Source: Alphaproteobacteria bacterium (GTDB taxonomy: Bacteria > Pseudomonadota > Alphaproteobacteria > MPNO01 > UBA830). From it: DNA of 64,000 bases. Positions 22,235 to 34,270 of this stretch are shown here, one piece after another. A model generated the notes under the pieces. That model searched no databases, was not told the origin of the DNA, and was given only the letters and a program-made list of their open reading frames with translations. Positions within the stretch are counted from its first letter, which is position 1; the number at the start of each line of letters is the position of its first letter. The stretch lies in assembly GCA_964291215.2 (NCBI GenBank), contig OZ219791.1, forward strand, positions 3,040,001 through 3,104,000. The letters are read 5' to 3'. The translations under genes and the position numbers were made by a program.

Positions 22235-23626
22235 TCAGTGCCGGGTCGCCGCAGTCGCTTCGAGGATGCCCGGTTCGTCGAGATGTTCCGACTGCAGCCA
22301 GCCACCGAGTTCGTCTAGGGCGCGCCGGCAATAGGCGTTTTTTCGCTCGCGTCCGCGAAGGCGCTGATCCAGGGGCGGCAGCAATCCGAAATTGATGTTC
22401 ATCGGCTGGTAGGAACCAGCGTCGGCTCCTTCCGTGATGTGCGCGAGCAACGCGCCGAGAGCCGTGGTCCGGGGCGGTGTCCGAAAGGCCCGACCAAGGG
22501 TTTCCGCTGCCGCGAAACATCCTGTGAGCAGACCGATCGCCGCGCTCTCGACATACCCCTCGACGCCGGTAATCTGGCCCGCAAACCGCAGCCGTGTCAT
22601 GGCCTTGAGGCGGAGTTCGCCGTCAAGGAGCCGCGGCGCGTTGAGGAACGTATTGCGGTGAATCCCGCCGAGGCGAGCGAAGGAGGCGTTCTCGAGTCCT
22701 GGGATCATGGACAGCACCCGTTTCTGCTCGCCGTGGCGCAGCTTGGTCTGGAATCCGACCATGTTGTAGAGCGTGCCGAGCCGGTTGTCGCGGCGCAGCT
22801 GGACGATGGCATAGGCGCCCTTGCCGGTACGGGGATTCGTCAGCCCGACCGGTTTCATCGGTCCGAAGCGGAGCGTGTCGTCACCGCGAGCAGCCATCAC
22901 CTCGATCGGCAGGCAACCCTCGAAGTACGGCGTTTCCTTCTCCCACTCCTGGAAGTCCGTGGCGTCGGCGGCCCTGAGGCTGGCGATGAAATCCAGATAC
23001 TCGTCCCGCTCAAGGGGGCAGTTGACGTAGTCCTTGGCGGTGCCGCCCGGAGCTGCCTTGTCGTAGCGCGACTGGAACCATGCCTTGTCGAGATTGATCG
23101 AGTCGGCATGCACGATCGGCGCGATGGCGTCGAAAAAGGCAAGCGAATCTTCACCTGTGAGCTCGTTGACGGCGGCGGCCAGCGGCTGCGAGGTGAGGGG
23201 ACCGGTTGCCACGATCACGCTCTCCCAGTCCGCTGGCGGCAAGCCGCGGACCTCGCTGCGTTGAAGCGTGATCAGCGGCTCGGCAGCAACCGCCTCGGTG
23301 ACGTGTCCTGCAAAACCGTCCCTGTCGACCGCCAGCGCGCCGCCGGCCGGAACCCTGTGCAGGTCTGCCGCGGCCATGACCAGGGATCCGGCCCGGCGCA
23401 TTTCCTCGTGGAGCAGACCCACGGCGTTATGGGTCGCGTCGTCCGAACGGAAGGAGTTCGAGCACACGAGTTCGGCCAGCTTGTCCGTCCGGTGTGCCTC
23501 GGTCATGCGATCGGGGCGCATCTCGTGTATCACGGCGGAAACGCCGACGCGGGCGAGTTGCCAGGCAGCTTCCGATCCGGCGAGCCCGCCGCCGACGACG
23601 TGTACCGGGCCGCGGGTCTGGGTCAC
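22235..23626 (-). CDS. trmFO: tRNA (uracil-5)-methyltransferase TrmFO (Gid)
   Basis: [57 protein letters not shown]. Confidence 0.95.
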   Translation of the reverse strand: MTQTRGPVHVVGGGLAGSEAAWQLARVGVSAVIHEMRPDRMTEAHRTDKLAELVCSNSFRSDDATHNAVGLLHEEMRRAGSLVMAAADLHRVPAGGALAVDRDGFAGHVTEAVAAEPLITLQRSEVRGLPPADWESVIVATGPLTSQPLAAAVNELTGEDSLAFFDAIAPIVHADSINLDKAWFQSRYDKAAPGGTAKDYVNCPLERDEYLDFIASLRAADATDFQEWEKETPYFEGCLPIEVMAARGDDTLRFGPMKPVGLTNPRTGKGAYAIVQLRRDNRLGTLYNMVGFQTKLRHGEQKRVLSMIPGLENASFARLGGIHRNTFLNAPRLLDGELRLKAMTRLRFAGQITGVEGYVESAAIGLLTGCFAAAETLGRAFRTPPRTTALGALLAHITEGADAGSYQPMNINFGLLPPLDQRLRGRERKNAYCRRALDELGGWLQSEHLDEPGILEATAATRH

Positions 23627-24369
23627 GGTATCGCGAGCCCGGCGAGAATGCAAAGCCGGTGCAGCCGCCGGTCATGAATGCCCAGATTCTCCAGGTGCTG
23701 CGTGGTATTGAAGAGATAGTCGGCGCACGAACCCAAGTGGCCGCATCCCTGCGCGATATGGCGGGCGATCTCCGCGTCCGGAATGCGTCCGGCATAGTTG
23801 CGTGCGCGACGGTCGGCGACGAAGGTGATCGCGTGCACGGGACCATCGTCGGTCGTCACCCTGAGCAGGCGCACATTGTAGGCCTTGCCCGTCAGTTCGC
23901 GCATGAACACGCTGGCCAGTTCAGTCCTTGCCCGTTCCCGCCGTACGCCGAGAACGATGCCGCGGCACGATCCGCCGCGATCGAGCCCCAGCATCATTCC
24001 GGGCGCGTCGGGCGTTCCGCGTCCCGCTGTCGACCAGAAACAGAACTGGCGATGATAGCCGTAGAGCGTGCCGATCCGGTGTTTATCATACTCGAAGGCG
24101 GGATTCCAGATCAGCGATCCGTATCCAAACACCCATACCGTCGGGCCGCCAGAAGTTGCGATCATATCGTCCCGCTTCTGGAGGCGGTATGCCTCCGAAT
24201 TGAGCTCGATCTGATCGAGCAGTCCGGTGGCGGCGAGCATGTCGACATGCCGACCGGCCGTGAAATCCTCCTTGGTGAGGAGCGTGCCGCGGGTCTCCGT
24301 AGGTGCGTTGGTCACGACGCCTGTGTCTCCGGTCTGGAATTGTCCGAATCTCGGGTTATGCGTCTGCAT
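23623..24369 (-). CDS. chaC: ChaC-family gamma-glutamylcyclotransferase
   Basis: [35 protein letters not shown]. Confidence 0.85.
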   Translation of the reverse strand: MQTHNPRFGQFQTGDTGVVTNAPTETRGTLLTKEDFTAGRHVDMLAATGLLDQIELNSEAYRLQKRDDMIATSGGPTVWVFGYGSLIWNPAFEYDKHRIGTLYGYHRQFCFWSTAGRGTPDAPGMMLGLDRGGSCRGIVLGVRRERARTELASVFMRELTGKAYNVRLLRVTTDDGPVHAITFVADRRARNYAGRIPDAEIARHIAQGCGHLGSCADYLFNTTQHLENLGIHDRRLHRLCILAGLAIP

Positions 24370-24370
24370 T

Positions 24371-27280
24371 TCATGCCGCCGGCCGTTCGTCGGTCCCGGC
24401 CGCCGGTACCCGGTTTCTGGCGGGTTTCGCTCCGGAGGAGGGCGCGGGAGCGCTTGCGGCGAGGCACGGCGCGAGATACCTGCCCGTATGGCTGTTCTCG
24501 GCGCGGGCGACATCCTCCGGAGTTCCGACAACCACGACATGGCCACCGCCGTCGCCGCCTTCCGGGCCGAGATCAATAACCCAGTCGGCCGTCTTTATGA
24601 CGTCGAGATTGTGTTCGATGACGATGACCGTGTTGCCCTGGTCTACCAGCGCGTGCAGAACTTCGAGCAGCTTGCGGATGTCGTCGAAATGAAGTCCGGT
24701 TGTGGGCTCGTCGAGAATGTAGATCGTGCGCCCGGTCGCCTTGCGCGAGAGTTCCTTCGACAGCTTGACCCGCTGCGCCTCGCCGCCCGACAGCGTCGTG
24801 GCCTGTTGTCCGATCTTGATGTAGCCGAGACCGACGCGGCGCAGCATGTCGAGTTTTCCCCGGATCGAGGGGACGGCGGAAAAGAACTTGACGCCTTCCT
24901 CGACCGTCATGTCGAGGACATCGGCGATCGACTTGCCGCGAAACTCGACCTCGAGCGTCTCGCGGTTGTAACGCTTGCCGTGGCATACGTCGCACTGGAC
25001 ATAGACGTCCGGAAGGAAGTGCATCTCGATCTTTATGAGGCCGTCGCCCTGGCAGGCTTCGCAGCGCCCACCCTTCACGTTGAAGGAGAAACGGCCGGCC
25101 TTGTAGCCGCGGGCGCGCGATTCGGGCAGGGCTGCGAACCATTCGCGAATCGGTGTGAACGCGCCGGTATAGGTTGCCGGATTGGACCGTGGCGTACGCC
25201 CGATCGGCGATTGGTCGATATCGACGACCTTGTCGACGAATTCGAGGCCGAGGAGTTCTCGATGCTCGCCGGGCACCACGCGCACGCCGTTGACGCGCCG
25301 CGCCGCGGTCTTGTAGAGGGTCTCGATGACGAGGCTCGACTTGCCGCTGCCGGACACGCCGGTCACGCAGGTGAGTACGCCGAGCGGGATATCGATGTCG
25401 ATGCCCTTAAGATTGTTGGCGCGGGCGCCGGCGATGCGGAGTTCCAGGCCGCGCTCGGCGGCGCGGCGCTTCGACGGCACCTCGATCCTGAGGTCGCCGC
25501 GGAGATATTTGGCAGTCAGGCTGTCCGGCGCGTTCATGACCGCTGGCGGAGGGCCTGCGGCGACCACGTTGCCGCCGTCAATGCCGGCGCCCGGCCCCAT
25601 GTCGACGAGCCACTCGGCTGCCAGAATCGCCTCTTCGTCATGCTCGACGACGATGACTGTATTGCCGAGGTCGCGAAGGCGTCTGAGGGTGTCGAGAAGA
25701 CGAGCATTGTCGCGCTGGTGGAGCCCTATGGACGGTTCGTCGAGAACGTAGAGAACGCCCGTCAGGCCGGAACCGATCTGTGAGGCGAGGCGGATGCGCT
25801 GGCTCTCGCCGCCCGAGAGCGAGCCCGACATGCGCGAGAGCGTCAGATATTCCAATCCGACATCGTTGAGGAAGCCCAGCCGCTCGTTGATCTCCTTGAG
25901 TATGCCCGATGCGATCTGCGCCTGCTTGTCACTGAGCCGTGCGGCCAGCGTCTCGAACCACTTGGCGGCGTCGCCGATGGCGAATTCCGTCACCTGACTG
26001 ATATGAAGGCCGTCGATCTTGACGGCTAGCGCTTCGGGCCGGAGACGGGCGCCGTCGCAGGCCTCGCACCGCGAGACGGTCTGGAACTTCTCCAGTTCTT
26101 CGCGCACCCAGCTGGAATCGGTTTCCCGATAGCGGCGTTCGAGATTCGGCAGCACGCCTTCGAACGGGCGGTTGACGGTATAGGATCTCTTTTCATCGGC
26201 GTAGATTATCTTGATCGGCTTATCGCCTGATCCGTAGAGCACGACATGGCGGTTCTTCTTCGAGAGCTTGCCGAACGGTGTCGTCATCGAGAAACCGTAC
26301 GCCTGCGCGAGCGATGTCAGCGTCTGCTCGTAGTAGCTCGACGGCGCTTCGGCCCACGGTACCAGGGCGCCGTCGCGGAGCGACTTGGCCGGATTGCGAA
26401 CCACCAGATCGGGATCGAAATACATTTTTGTACCGAGACCGTCACAGGCCGGACAGGCGCCGTGCGGGTTGTTGAAGGAAAACAGCCGCGGTTCGATTTC
26501 GTCGATGGTGAATCCGGAGACCGGACAGGCAAACTTGGCCGAGAAGATGGTGCGTTCGCAGCTGTCCGCGTTCTCGGCGATCGCGAGTCCGTCGGTCAGC
26601 GCAAGCGCGGTCTCCAACGAGTCGGCGACACGGTTGCCGAGTTCGTCGCGAACCACGATGCGGTCGACGATGACTTCTATGTCGTGCCTGGTGTTCTTGT
26701 CGAGCGCCGGCACATCCTCGATGTCGTGGATGGTGCCGTCGACCCGGACGCGAGCAAAACCCTTCTTGCGCAGTTCGGCAAATTCCCGGCGGTACTCGCC
26801 CTTGCGGCCGCGGACGATTGGCGCGAGGATGTACAGGCGGGTTCCCGCTTCCATGGTTGCGACGCGATCGACCATCTGCGAGACCGTCTGGCTCTCGATG
26901 GGCAGGCCGGTCTCGGGCGAGTAGGGGGTGCCGGCCCGAGCGAATAACAGGCGCATGTAGTCATAGATCTCGGTGACGGTTCCAACCGTCGACCTCGGGT
27001 TTCGCGAGGTTGTCTTCTGTTCGATGGAAATGGCCGGCGACAGGCCCTCGATGGAATCGACATCCGGCTTTTCCATCAGCTCAAGGAACTGGCGCGCATA
27101 GGCCGACAGACTTTCGACGTAGCGTCGCTGGCCCTCTGCATAAACGGTGTCGAAGGCCAGCGTCGACTTGCCGGACCCGGAAATGCCGGTGATCACCACG
27201 AGCGCGTCACGCGGCAGTTCGACATCGATGTTCTGAAGGTTGTTTTCCCGTGCGCCGCGAATGAGGATCTTCGATTGCAT
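24371..27280 (-). CDS. uvrA: Excinuclease ABC subunit A
   Basis: [31 protein letters not shown], two ABC cassettes, zinc fingers. Confidence 0.98.
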   Translation of the reverse strand: MQSKILIRGARENNLQNIDVELPRDALVVITGISGSGKSTLAFDTVYAEGQRRYVESLSAYARQFLELMEKPDVDSIEGLSPAISIEQKTTSRNPRSTVGTVTEIYDYMRLLFARAGTPYSPETGLPIESQTVSQMVDRVATMEAGTRLYILAPIVRGRKGEYRREFAELRKKGFARVRVDGTIHDIEDVPALDKNTRHDIEVIVDRIVVRDELGNRVADSLETALALTDGLAIAENADSCERTIFSAKFACPVSGFTIDEIEPRLFSFNNPHGACPACDGLGTKMYFDPDLVVRNPAKSLRDGALVPWAEAPSSYYEQTLTSLAQAYGFSMTTPFGKLSKKNRHVVLYGSGDKPIKIIYADEKRSYTVNRPFEGVLPNLERRYRETDSSWVREELEKFQTVSRCEACDGARLRPEALAVKIDGLHISQVTEFAIGDAAKWFETLAARLSDKQAQIASGILKEINERLGFLNDVGLEYLTLSRMSGSLSGGESQRIRLASQIGSGLTGVLYVLDEPSIGLHQRDNARLLDTLRRLRDLGNTVIVVEHDEEAILAAEWLVDMGPGAGIDGGNVVAAGPPPAVMNAPDSLTAKYLRGDLRIEVPSKRRAAERGLELRIAGARANNLKGIDIDIPLGVLTCVTGVSGSGKSSLVIETLYKTAARRVNGVRVVPGEHRELLGLEFVDKVVDIDQSPIGRTPRSNPATYTGAFTPIREWFAALPESRARGYKAGRFSFNVKGGRCEACQGDGLIKIEMHFLPDVYVQCDVCHGKRYNRETLEVEFRGKSIADVLDMTVEEGVKFFSAVPSIRGKLDMLRRVGLGYIKIGQQATTLSGGEAQRVKLSKELSRKATGRTIYILDEPTTGLHFDDIRKLLEVLHALVDQGNTVIVIEHNLDVIKTADWVIDLGPEGGDGGGHVVVVGTPEDVARAENSHTGRYLAPCLAASAPAPSSGAKPARNRVPAAGTDERPAA

Positions 27281-27375
27281 CTGCCGAAACTGGAACGGGT
27301 GACGTGAACCTGAGAAGCTGGTAATACCTCATCGCCCCGGTCAACGCGACTCTCGCGCTCGCGGAAAGGAAGCGA

Positions 27376-28350
27376 ATGAAGAAGCTTGCTGTGCTGGACG
27401 ATTATCAGGGCGTTGCCCTCGAGATGGCGGACTGGTCGGCGCTCGACGGTGATGTCGAGATAACGGTGTTCCGCGACCATCTCGCCGACGAAGGTGCGGT
27501 TGCGGAACGGCTGCGCGAATTCGAGATCGTGATGGTCATGCGCGAGCGTACGCCCTTTCCGCGCTCGCTGTTCGCTAAGCTGCCGAAGCTCGAGCACCTG
27601 GTGAGCAGCGGCATGCGCAATCTCTCGATCGACCTTGCGGCCGCCGTCGACTGCGGCGTCCTGTGCACCGGAACTCCGTCGCTCGGATATCCGACCTCGG
27701 AGCTTACATGGGGGTTGATTCACGACCTCGCGCGGCACATCTCGATCGAGGATCGCGGGACCCGGGCGGGCGCCTGGCAGAAAACCGTGGGCGTCGGCTT
27801 GCGAGACAAGACACTCGGCGTGATGGGGCTGGGGCGGATTGGAAACGATGTCGCGCGGGTCGGCATAGCGCTCGGCATGCGGGTTATCGCGTGGTCGGAA
27901 AACCTGACCCAGGACCGTTGCGATGAGGTCGGTGCGCGTCTGGCGGGCAGGGAGCAGATTCTTCGCGAATCGGATTTCCTGACCATTCACCTTCTTCTCA
28001 GCGACCGCACGCGGGGCCTTCTGCAGGCGGGAGATCTCGGGTTGATGAAATCCACGGCCTACCTGATCAACACGTCTCGTGGACCGATCGTCGACGAGGC
28101 AGCCCTGGTTTCGGCCTTGCGCGAAGGCTGGATAGCGGGCGCCGGCCTCGACGTCTTCGACATAGAGCCGCTGCCCGCCGATCATCCGCTTCGCAACATG
28201 CCCAACACGGTGATCACGCCGCACCTCGGATATGCGACGGTCGAGAACTACCGGAACTGGTACGGCGGCGCGGTCGAGAATCTGCGGTCGTGGCTCGACG
28301 GCTGCGTCATCAATGAAATGACCGGATCGGGCCAGCGGACTCCGGGCTGA
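27376..28350 (+). CDS. D-2-hydroxyacid dehydrogenase family protein
   Basis: LAVLDDYQ, MRERTPF, GLGRIG, INTSRGPIVDE, LDVFDIEPLP, TPHLGY. Confidence 0.9.
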   Translation: MKKLAVLDDYQGVALEMADWSALDGDVEITVFRDHLADEGAVAERLREFEIVMVMRERTPFPRSLFAKLPKLEHLVSSGMRNLSIDLAAAVDCGVLCTGTPSLGYPTSELTWGLIHDLARHISIEDRGTRAGAWQKTVGVGLRDKTLGVMGLGRIGNDVARVGIALGMRVIAWSENLTQDRCDEVGARLAGREQILRESDFLTIHLLLSDRTRGLLQAGDLGLMKSTAYLINTSRGPIVDEAALVSALREGWIAGAGLDVFDIEPLPADHPLRNMPNTVITPHLGYATVENYRNWYGGAVENLRSWLDGCVINEMTGSGQRTPG

Positions 28351-28478
28351 GGGCAGTTGGCGTTGCGCCCGACAGGCGAGTTATCCACGGCTTTTTTTGC
28401 GGGTCGAATCGTCTGGACGTCAGTCTCGGCGCCCGCGTTGGCTATGATACCGAAAACCACCGGATTCGGGAGAGGCGC

Positions 28479-28979
28479 ATGTCGGGGAGCGTGAACAAGG
28501 TCATCCTGGTAGGCAATCTCGGGGGCGACCCCGATGTGCGCCATACGAAGGATGGCAAGCCGGTCGTGAACCTGTCCGTTGCCACGTCAGAGACCTGGCG
28601 CGATCGCAACAGCAACGAACGCCGCGAACGAACGGAATGGCACCGCGTCGTCATCTTCTCCGAGGGTTTGGGCAGGGTTGCTCAGCAATATTTGCGCAAG
28701 GGGGCGAAGGTATACGTTGAGGGCCAGCTCCAGACCAGCAAGTGGACCGATCAACAGGGCGCCGAGCGCTACACGACGGAAGTGGTGATTAGCGGCTTCA
28801 ACGGTACGTTCACGATGCTCGATTCGCGTAACAGCCGCGATGCCGGTGGAGGCGGGGGATACGGTCACGACGGTGAGCCAGGTCGGGCGCCCGCCGACCA
28901 GTTCGGCGGCGGACAGGATGCCGGCTCCGCTGTTCCTGACGGGACGGCTGACGATCTTGATGACGAAATTCCGTTCTAA
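28479..28979 (+). CDS. ssb: Single-stranded DNA-binding protein
   Basis: MSGSVNKVILVGNLG, TEWHRVV, C-terminal DDEIPF. Confidence 0.97.
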   Translation: MSGSVNKVILVGNLGGDPDVRHTKDGKPVVNLSVATSETWRDRNSNERRERTEWHRVVIFSEGLGRVAQQYLRKGAKVYVEGQLQTSKWTDQQGAERYTTEVVISGFNGTFTMLDSRNSRDAGGGGGYGHDGEPGRAPADQFGGGQDAGSAVPDGTADDLDDEIPF

Positions 28980-29376
28980 AGGGTGTTCGGCGGCGTGAAT
29001 TCGTCAGGCGGGCAGGGGCCGGCGTTCGCGTGGCACGTTGGCTGCGATCCGATCTGGTCTCAAAGCGCCAATGGCAGGAGGTGCATCGACATGAAGATTC
29101 TGAGACGCGCGATAACGATGGCCGCGCGCCGCACGCTGTCGTGTCCGGTGCCCGACGACAAGTCCGATATGTCGCCGGAAGGCGGCGAAGGGGTGCCGCT
29201 GGTGCTTGCGGTGGACACTTCCCGCCTGCGAAACGGCGACAAGAAAGAGGGAATGCCGAGGGACGCAAGCGATTGACGCCCGCTCCGGTCGGCATTCCGG
29301 TGCCGGGCCGGCCGTGAGAATCCGGTCGGCTCTGTAATGCAGCCTTACAGACACCGCCTGCAGCCGCAGTCGCGGC

Positions 29377-30519
29377 TCAGTTGCCGGCTGCAACCTGACG
29401 TCGGCGCCACTGTTCCGTGTTGTCCAGCGTCGCCGTCGGCCGGATCATGTCGGGATCGAACGCAACGGGCGCATCGCCCCCGCGAACCTTCCACGGCCAA
29501 TCGGGATCGGCGAGGGCGCCTTTTGCGATAGCCACTGCGTCGGCGGTCTTCTCGGCGAGCATCCGTTCGGATTGTCCGGCATCGTGAAGCTTGCCGCAGG
29601 CGATGATCTGCACGCTGTCGGGAACCGCCTCCCGCGCCAATGCGGCCAGCGACCGTCCAGAGCCGAACACGGGCTCGAAACCGCGGTGGGCGTTGACATG
29701 GATGTAGGTCGGGCCGGCCCGTCCGATCGCGCCGAAGATCGCTTCCGCATCGCGGGTGCCGCCGGGCCAGCTGTAGGCGAGATCGTTGACCTTGCTTTCC
29801 GAGATCCGTATCCCGAAGGGAATGCGGTCAGCGACCGTGTCCCTGACGGCGGTCACCAGTTCGACATGAAAGCGCACGCGCCGTTCGATCGATCCGCCAT
29901 AGTCGTCGGTCCGCCGGTTCGTGTGTTCGGTGAGGAACTGGTCGGCGAGATAGCCGTTTGCGCCATGGAGTTCGATGCCATCGAAGCCGACATCGGCAGC
30001 TCTGATGGCCGCTTCCGCAAACGCTTCCATGACGTTCTGGATTTCTCCCCTGGTCATCTTGCGCGGCACCGGAAACTCGCCTCGACCCATGTAGTGCGGC
30101 GCCATTTCTCCGCGCGGTTGCACTGCGGACGGAGCGATCGCGCCTTCGACATGGTCGTTGTGTTGTACCAGCGCTCCCGCATGCAGGAGTTGCATGAAGA
30201 CCGGCACGTTCTCTGCGTGTACCGCGTCGACGACAGCGGACCATGAATCCCGTTGCGCCTCGTCCGCGATGCCGGGCTGGCCCAGGTAGCCTTGGCTGTA
30301 GTGCCGGTCGATATAGGTCCCTTCCGTGATGACGAGGCCGAAGCCGCCGCGGGCGTATCTCGCGTAGTACTCCGCCATCTGCGTGGTCGCGGTGCCGTCG
30401 GGGTTGGCGCTGACGCGCGTCATCGGTGCGACGGCGGCGCGGTTGGGCAGAGCTACCGCGCCGATCGTCCCCGGCGAAAACAGGGTCGGATAGTGCGGCG
30501 GATTCTGATCGTTCATCAT
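29377..30519 (-). CDS. NADH:flavin oxidoreductase (old yellow enzyme family)
   Basis: NRAAVAPMTR, ITEG, QLLHAG, GFDGIELHGANGYL.DQF, NRRTDDYGGS. Confidence 0.9.
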   Translation of the reverse strand: MMNDQNPPHYPTLFSPGTIGAVALPNRAAVAPMTRVSANPDGTATTQMAEYYARYARGGFGLVITEGTYIDRHYSQGYLGQPGIADEAQRDSWSAVVDAVHAENVPVFMQLLHAGALVQHNDHVEGAIAPSAVQPRGEMAPHYMGRGEFPVPRKMTRGEIQNVMEAFAEAAIRAADVGFDGIELHGANGYLADQFLTEHTNRRTDDYGGSIERRVRFHVELVTAVRDTVADRIPFGIRISESKVNDLAYSWPGGTRDAEAIFGAIGRAGPTYIHVNAHRGFEPVFGSGRSLAALAREAVPDSVQIIACGKLHDAGQSERMLAEKTADAVAIAKGALADPDWPWKVRGGDAPVAFDPDMIRPTATLDNTEQWRRRQVAAGN

Positions 30520-30613
30520 GACCTCTTGTCGGATGCCGCGGCAGGGTCGCGGCCTTCGGCATCTGCTCTGCGTCCCGGCGTACCCGTTTCTCCGGGGCAG
30601 GCTTGGCCGCCGG

Positions 30614-32383
30614 TCACGGTTGCGCGCTATCGTCGTCGGGTATCACGGGCAGCAGCAGATGCGCCGGCTTGTCGGGCGCCATGTGAAGCGTGACCTTGTC
30701 TCCGAAGACCGAAGCCGGACGATCAGCTGGATCGTCGTGCTTGAACGGCCCGACGCCTGTGAATACCGCGCCAAGGGTTCCGAGCCCGGTGCCCGAACCG
30801 CCCGGCCACTCATAGTCGCGCCCGCGCACGGTCAGGCCGATCCTGTGGCCGCTCGGCACCACGATACTCGTTGGCCAAACCTCGATGTCGAGTTCGTAGA
30901 TCTCGCCCGGCTGGAGCGGCTGTTTCTCGTCGTGGGTATGGTAGGGCCGATAGGGCAGGCTCAGCGTTTCGTCGAGCTTGCGATGCGAGGCCCTGAGCCA
31001 TCCCTGGGCGACGGGTGTGTTGGGGTCAAGTGCGCCCTGGAAGGTGACCTCCTTCATGTCGGGCGTGAAGATCCTGACGACAAGAAACAGGTCCGCGTCC
31101 TCGGTTTCCGAAGACACCCAGAGCTTGGCCGCTATCGGGCCCGTAATCTCGGTTGCCTCTTCGACGGGCGCGGTCAGGAAGGTCACGCCGTCGCCGAGTC
31201 CCTCGTAGGTGACGGAAGCGGATTCGGACACCGGCGATTCGCCCAGCGAGTGGTCGCCGGGATCGAGGTAGAGCCTGGTCCAGTCGGTGCGCGGAATCGG
31301 CCAGTCCTCCTCGTGCCTTTCGACAAATCTCTCGCCCGGATGACGGACCAGCAATTGCACCTTGGGCTGGTTCTCCCAGCCGGTATCCTCGCCCTTGAGA
31401 AAGTGCCCGAAGAACTTCTTCTGCAGCGCGACGCCGTAGTCGGTGTAGAACTCGGTCCAGTGCTCGATGCCGTGCACCTCGAGCCACTTCTGGCTTGAGG
31501 CGGAACGCACGAAACCCTCGAAATTGCCGCGCGGGTGCAGCCCTTGGCCGCCCCAGTTTCCGGATGAGAGCAGCGGCACCGCGACCTTCGACCAGTCGGG
31601 CATGCGCGACTGCCAGTATTCGGAGCTGTCGAGCGGGTTGTCCTGGCAGTCCTTCCAGAAATCGTGCCTGTTGCTGCCGAGTTCCTCGTCGGTGAGCGTC
31701 GGCGGTCCGGCAACCCAATCGCCGTTCATGCGGCTGCGATAGCCCTTCTTGCCCTTGCCGTGCTGGACCGAGATCACCTGCGACGGAAACCAGGTCCGGC
31801 CGAAGCTGCAGAGGATGCCGCCGTGATGCGAGAGGTCGCGGTAGAAATCGGCCGCCCCTTCCCAGATGCAGATCGCCGCAAGATGCGGAGGTTGCAGTGC
31901 CGCAACCTGCCACTGGTTCATCGCGTAGTAGGAGATGCCGTTGATGCCGACCTTTCCGTTCGACCATGGCTGTACGCCCGCCCACTCGATGCAGTCGTGG
32001 AAATCCCTTGCCTCGCGGGCCGACCAGATGTCGAGCAGGCCTGGCGACCGGCCGGCGCCACGGGAATCGACGCGGACCACGGCATAGCCGTCCGGCACCC
32101 ACTTCTCGGGATCGACAACTTCCCAGTTCTGATACTGATTGGTCGAACCGGCAACGACATCCGGATGGTCCTCCGCCATGTGGCGCCACTGGTCGGTGTA
32201 GAGATCTTCGAAATGGAGAAGTTTGCCATACGGTCCGTAGGAGATGATCACCGGATAGCGGCCATCGTCGAGGGGCCGGTACACATCGCAGCGCAACGCG
32301 ATGCCGTCGTCCATGACAATCGGAACGTCCCAGTCAATGTGCATGCCATCCCGTACCTCGGTCCTGAAATCGCTCATCGTCAT
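30614..32383 (-). CDS. CocE/NonD-family (PepX-like) serine hydrolase
   Basis: DVYRP..GPYGK, VDSRGAGRS, WSNGKVGINGISYYA, GWLRASHR; start chosen behind GGGAG. Confidence 0.88.
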   Translation of the reverse strand: MTMSDFRTEVRDGMHIDWDVPIVMDDGIALRCDVYRPLDDGRYPVIISYGPYGKLLHFEDLYTDQWRHMAEDHPDVVAGSTNQYQNWEVVDPEKWVPDGYAVVRVDSRGAGRSPGLLDIWSAREARDFHDCIEWAGVQPWSNGKVGINGISYYAMNQWQVAALQPPHLAAICIWEGAADFYRDLSHHGGILCSFGRTWFPSQVISVQHGKGKKGYRSRMNGDWVAGPPTLTDEELGSNRHDFWKDCQDNPLDSSEYWQSRMPDWSKVAVPLLSSGNWGGQGLHPRGNFEGFVRSASSQKWLEVHGIEHWTEFYTDYGVALQKKFFGHFLKGEDTGWENQPKVQLLVRHPGERFVERHEEDWPIPRTDWTRLYLDPGDHSLGESPVSESASVTYEGLGDGVTFLTAPVEEATEITGPIAAKLWVSSETEDADLFLVVRIFTPDMKEVTFQGALDPNTPVAQGWLRASHRKLDETLSLPYRPYHTHDEKQPLQPGEIYELDIEVWPTSIVVPSGHRIGLTVRGRDYEWPGGSGTGLGTLGAVFTGVGPFKHDDPADRPASVFGDKVTLHMAPDKPAHLLLPVIPDDDSAQP

Positions 32384-32517
32384 CTCCCGCATCGACCCGT
32401 CTTCGCCACGGCGCCGCAACGGGCGTTTCCCGCTCGGCAGTGCTGGTCCGATTTGCCCAAAATTCTCGGATTGTATAATAATTTGACAATAGGAAACCTT
32501 CAAGTGGTGAGGGAGCC

Positions 32518-33252
32518 ATGGCGTGCAGGACTGTAGAAGTACTTGACCGCTCCGACATGGTCGGGAAGATGACCGGAATGCTCGCGCTCAGGCCGGGGGC
32601 AACGGCCATCGTCACCGTCGACATGCATCGCGGCCATCTGGATCCGGAGGTGGCCACCATGCCGGCGGCGGCGGAAGACTGCGAACGCGTCATTGCCAAC
32701 GCGCGGGAGGTGCTGGACATTGCGCGCAGCCACGGCATGGCGGTCATTCACGTCATTCTCGTCTACCGCAAGATCCCGGGTCTTGGCAGCGAGGGCATGA
32801 CGGCGCCTTTCTGGGCCGCGATGTCCGAGATCACGGACGAGGAAAACCGGCTGACGCTCGGCCGCAAGTGCACCGTCAATGACCACAACATCGAAGGGAG
32901 CCCGGGCACAGAGATTATTCCGGAGCTCTATCGCGATACCGATTACGTCATCGACAACAAGAAGCGGCTGGACTGCTTCATGGGCACCGATCTCGAGATG
33001 CTGCTCGAGAATATCGGGGTCAAGAATGTCTGCCTGATGGGAATCAACACCAACACCTGCGTCCTCAATACGGCGTTCACGGCCCACAACAAGAACTATG
33101 CAACGGTCGTTCTCTCGGATTGCGTTGCCAGCATGTATGGCGACGACCTTCACGAGTTTGGCCTGCAGAATGTCATGCGCTGCCTTGGATGGGTGCTGGA
33201 TAACGAACAGTTCCGCGAAAAAGTCGAGGAGGGCCGCAAGTCCAACAGCTGA
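32518..33252 (+). CDS. Isochorismatase-family cysteine hydrolase
   Basis: TAIVTVDMH, KKR.DCF.GTDL, GINTNTCVLNT, SDCVAS. Confidence 0.88.
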   Translation: MACRTVEVLDRSDMVGKMTGMLALRPGATAIVTVDMHRGHLDPEVATMPAAAEDCERVIANAREVLDIARSHGMAVIHVILVYRKIPGLGSEGMTAPFWAAMSEITDEENRLTLGRKCTVNDHNIEGSPGTEIIPELYRDTDYVIDNKKRLDCFMGTDLEMLLENIGVKNVCLMGINTNTCVLNTAFTAHNKNYATVVLSDCVASMYGDDLHEFGLQNVMRCLGWVLDNEQFREKVEEGRKSNS

Positions 33253-33335
33253 CGGCGCGGCATGCTCGCAGCCCGTGCCCGTCGGCGCGAGACTTGCAAT
33301 TCCGGCGCGGCAATGCAGACTTTGAACGTTCGACG

Positions 33336-34097
33336 ATGACCACACCCTCGGGGGCGCGGCCCAAGTTTGTGCAGGTTTCGCGGACCGTCCCGGAGGATGA
33401 AGGCTTGGACTGCGTGAAGGGCGCAACGTTGGAAACAGAAGCGAAGCGGACGCTCCGAAGCCTGCCGGAGTCGTGGTCGGAAAACTCGATCGGTTCCCGG
33501 ATACGGCAAGTGCGCAAAGTTTTCGGAATGACTCTTGCGGAGGTGTCGACGGCGACAGGGCTCTCGGTCTCGGCGCTTTCCAAGATCGAGAACGATCAGA
33601 TTTCCCCGACCTTTTCCAGCTTGATGAGACTCGTCGAAGGCCTTGGGCTGTCTCTCGGCGACCTCGTGTCGCTGGACAGTCACGACCGTTCGACCGAGGC
33701 CAGGATGACAGTCACCCGTGCCGGAGATGCGCGGTACCGGTCGACGCCCAGCTACGATATTTGGCCGCTCTGTGGCGACATCCAGCACAAGCGCATGACG
33801 CCGATGGTCGAGCGGGTTCGAAACCGCGATCCGACTAGCGGCGACGGCCTGCTCAGCCATTCGGGGGAAGAGTTCGTCTATGTCCTCAGGGGCGAGATCG
33901 AAGTCCATACGCAGCACTACGAGCCTGTCCGCCTCGGCGTTGGCGACTCGGTCTATCTCGACAGCCGCATGGCGCATACCTATACGACGGTCAGCGACGA
34001 CGAGGCCGAGATCCTGATGATCTGGCTCAGCCCGCCGGCGCAGTCGAGCCGCGACAACCTCGAAATGGCCGAAGCGCTGCTGGCGCGAAAAGTCTGA
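33336..34097 (+). CDS. XRE-family HTH regulator with cupin domain
   Basis: IGSRIRQVRK..MTLAEVS..GLSVSALSKIEN..SPT; HSGEEFVYVLRG..GDSVYLDS..H; start uncertain. Confidence 0.88.
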   Translation: MTTPSGARPKFVQVSRTVPEDEGLDCVKGATLETEAKRTLRSLPESWSENSIGSRIRQVRKVFGMTLAEVSTATGLSVSALSKIENDQISPTFSSLMRLVEGLGLSLGDLVSLDSHDRSTEARMTVTRAGDARYRSTPSYDIWPLCGDIQHKRMTPMVERVRNRDPTSGDGLLSHSGEEFVYVLRGEIEVHTQHYEPVRLGVGDSVYLDSRMAHTYTTVSDDEAEILMIWLSPPAQSSRDNLEMAEALLARKV

Positions 34098-34270
34098 TCC
34101 TCACGGGAAGCCGGTCTCGGGCCTGGCATGGCAGCAGATCGGTTTCGGGGCGAGGCGCAGCCGAGCAGTATGATATCGGCAATGGCCAGGAAGGCGCTTG
34201 CGCCATGGGAAAGTACTCAATGAGGAAGGTGTCGTCCGAGGGTGGTGTACTTGGTGTTGATATCGTGGGG

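Noticed and set aside
27293-27309. GAAC..GAAC upstream of uvrA as an alphaproteobacterial LexA box
   Set aside because: The spacing is 9 nt, not the canonical 7.
29090-29276. Small ORF after ssb with a possible RBS
   Set aside because: No recognisable motif or other support.
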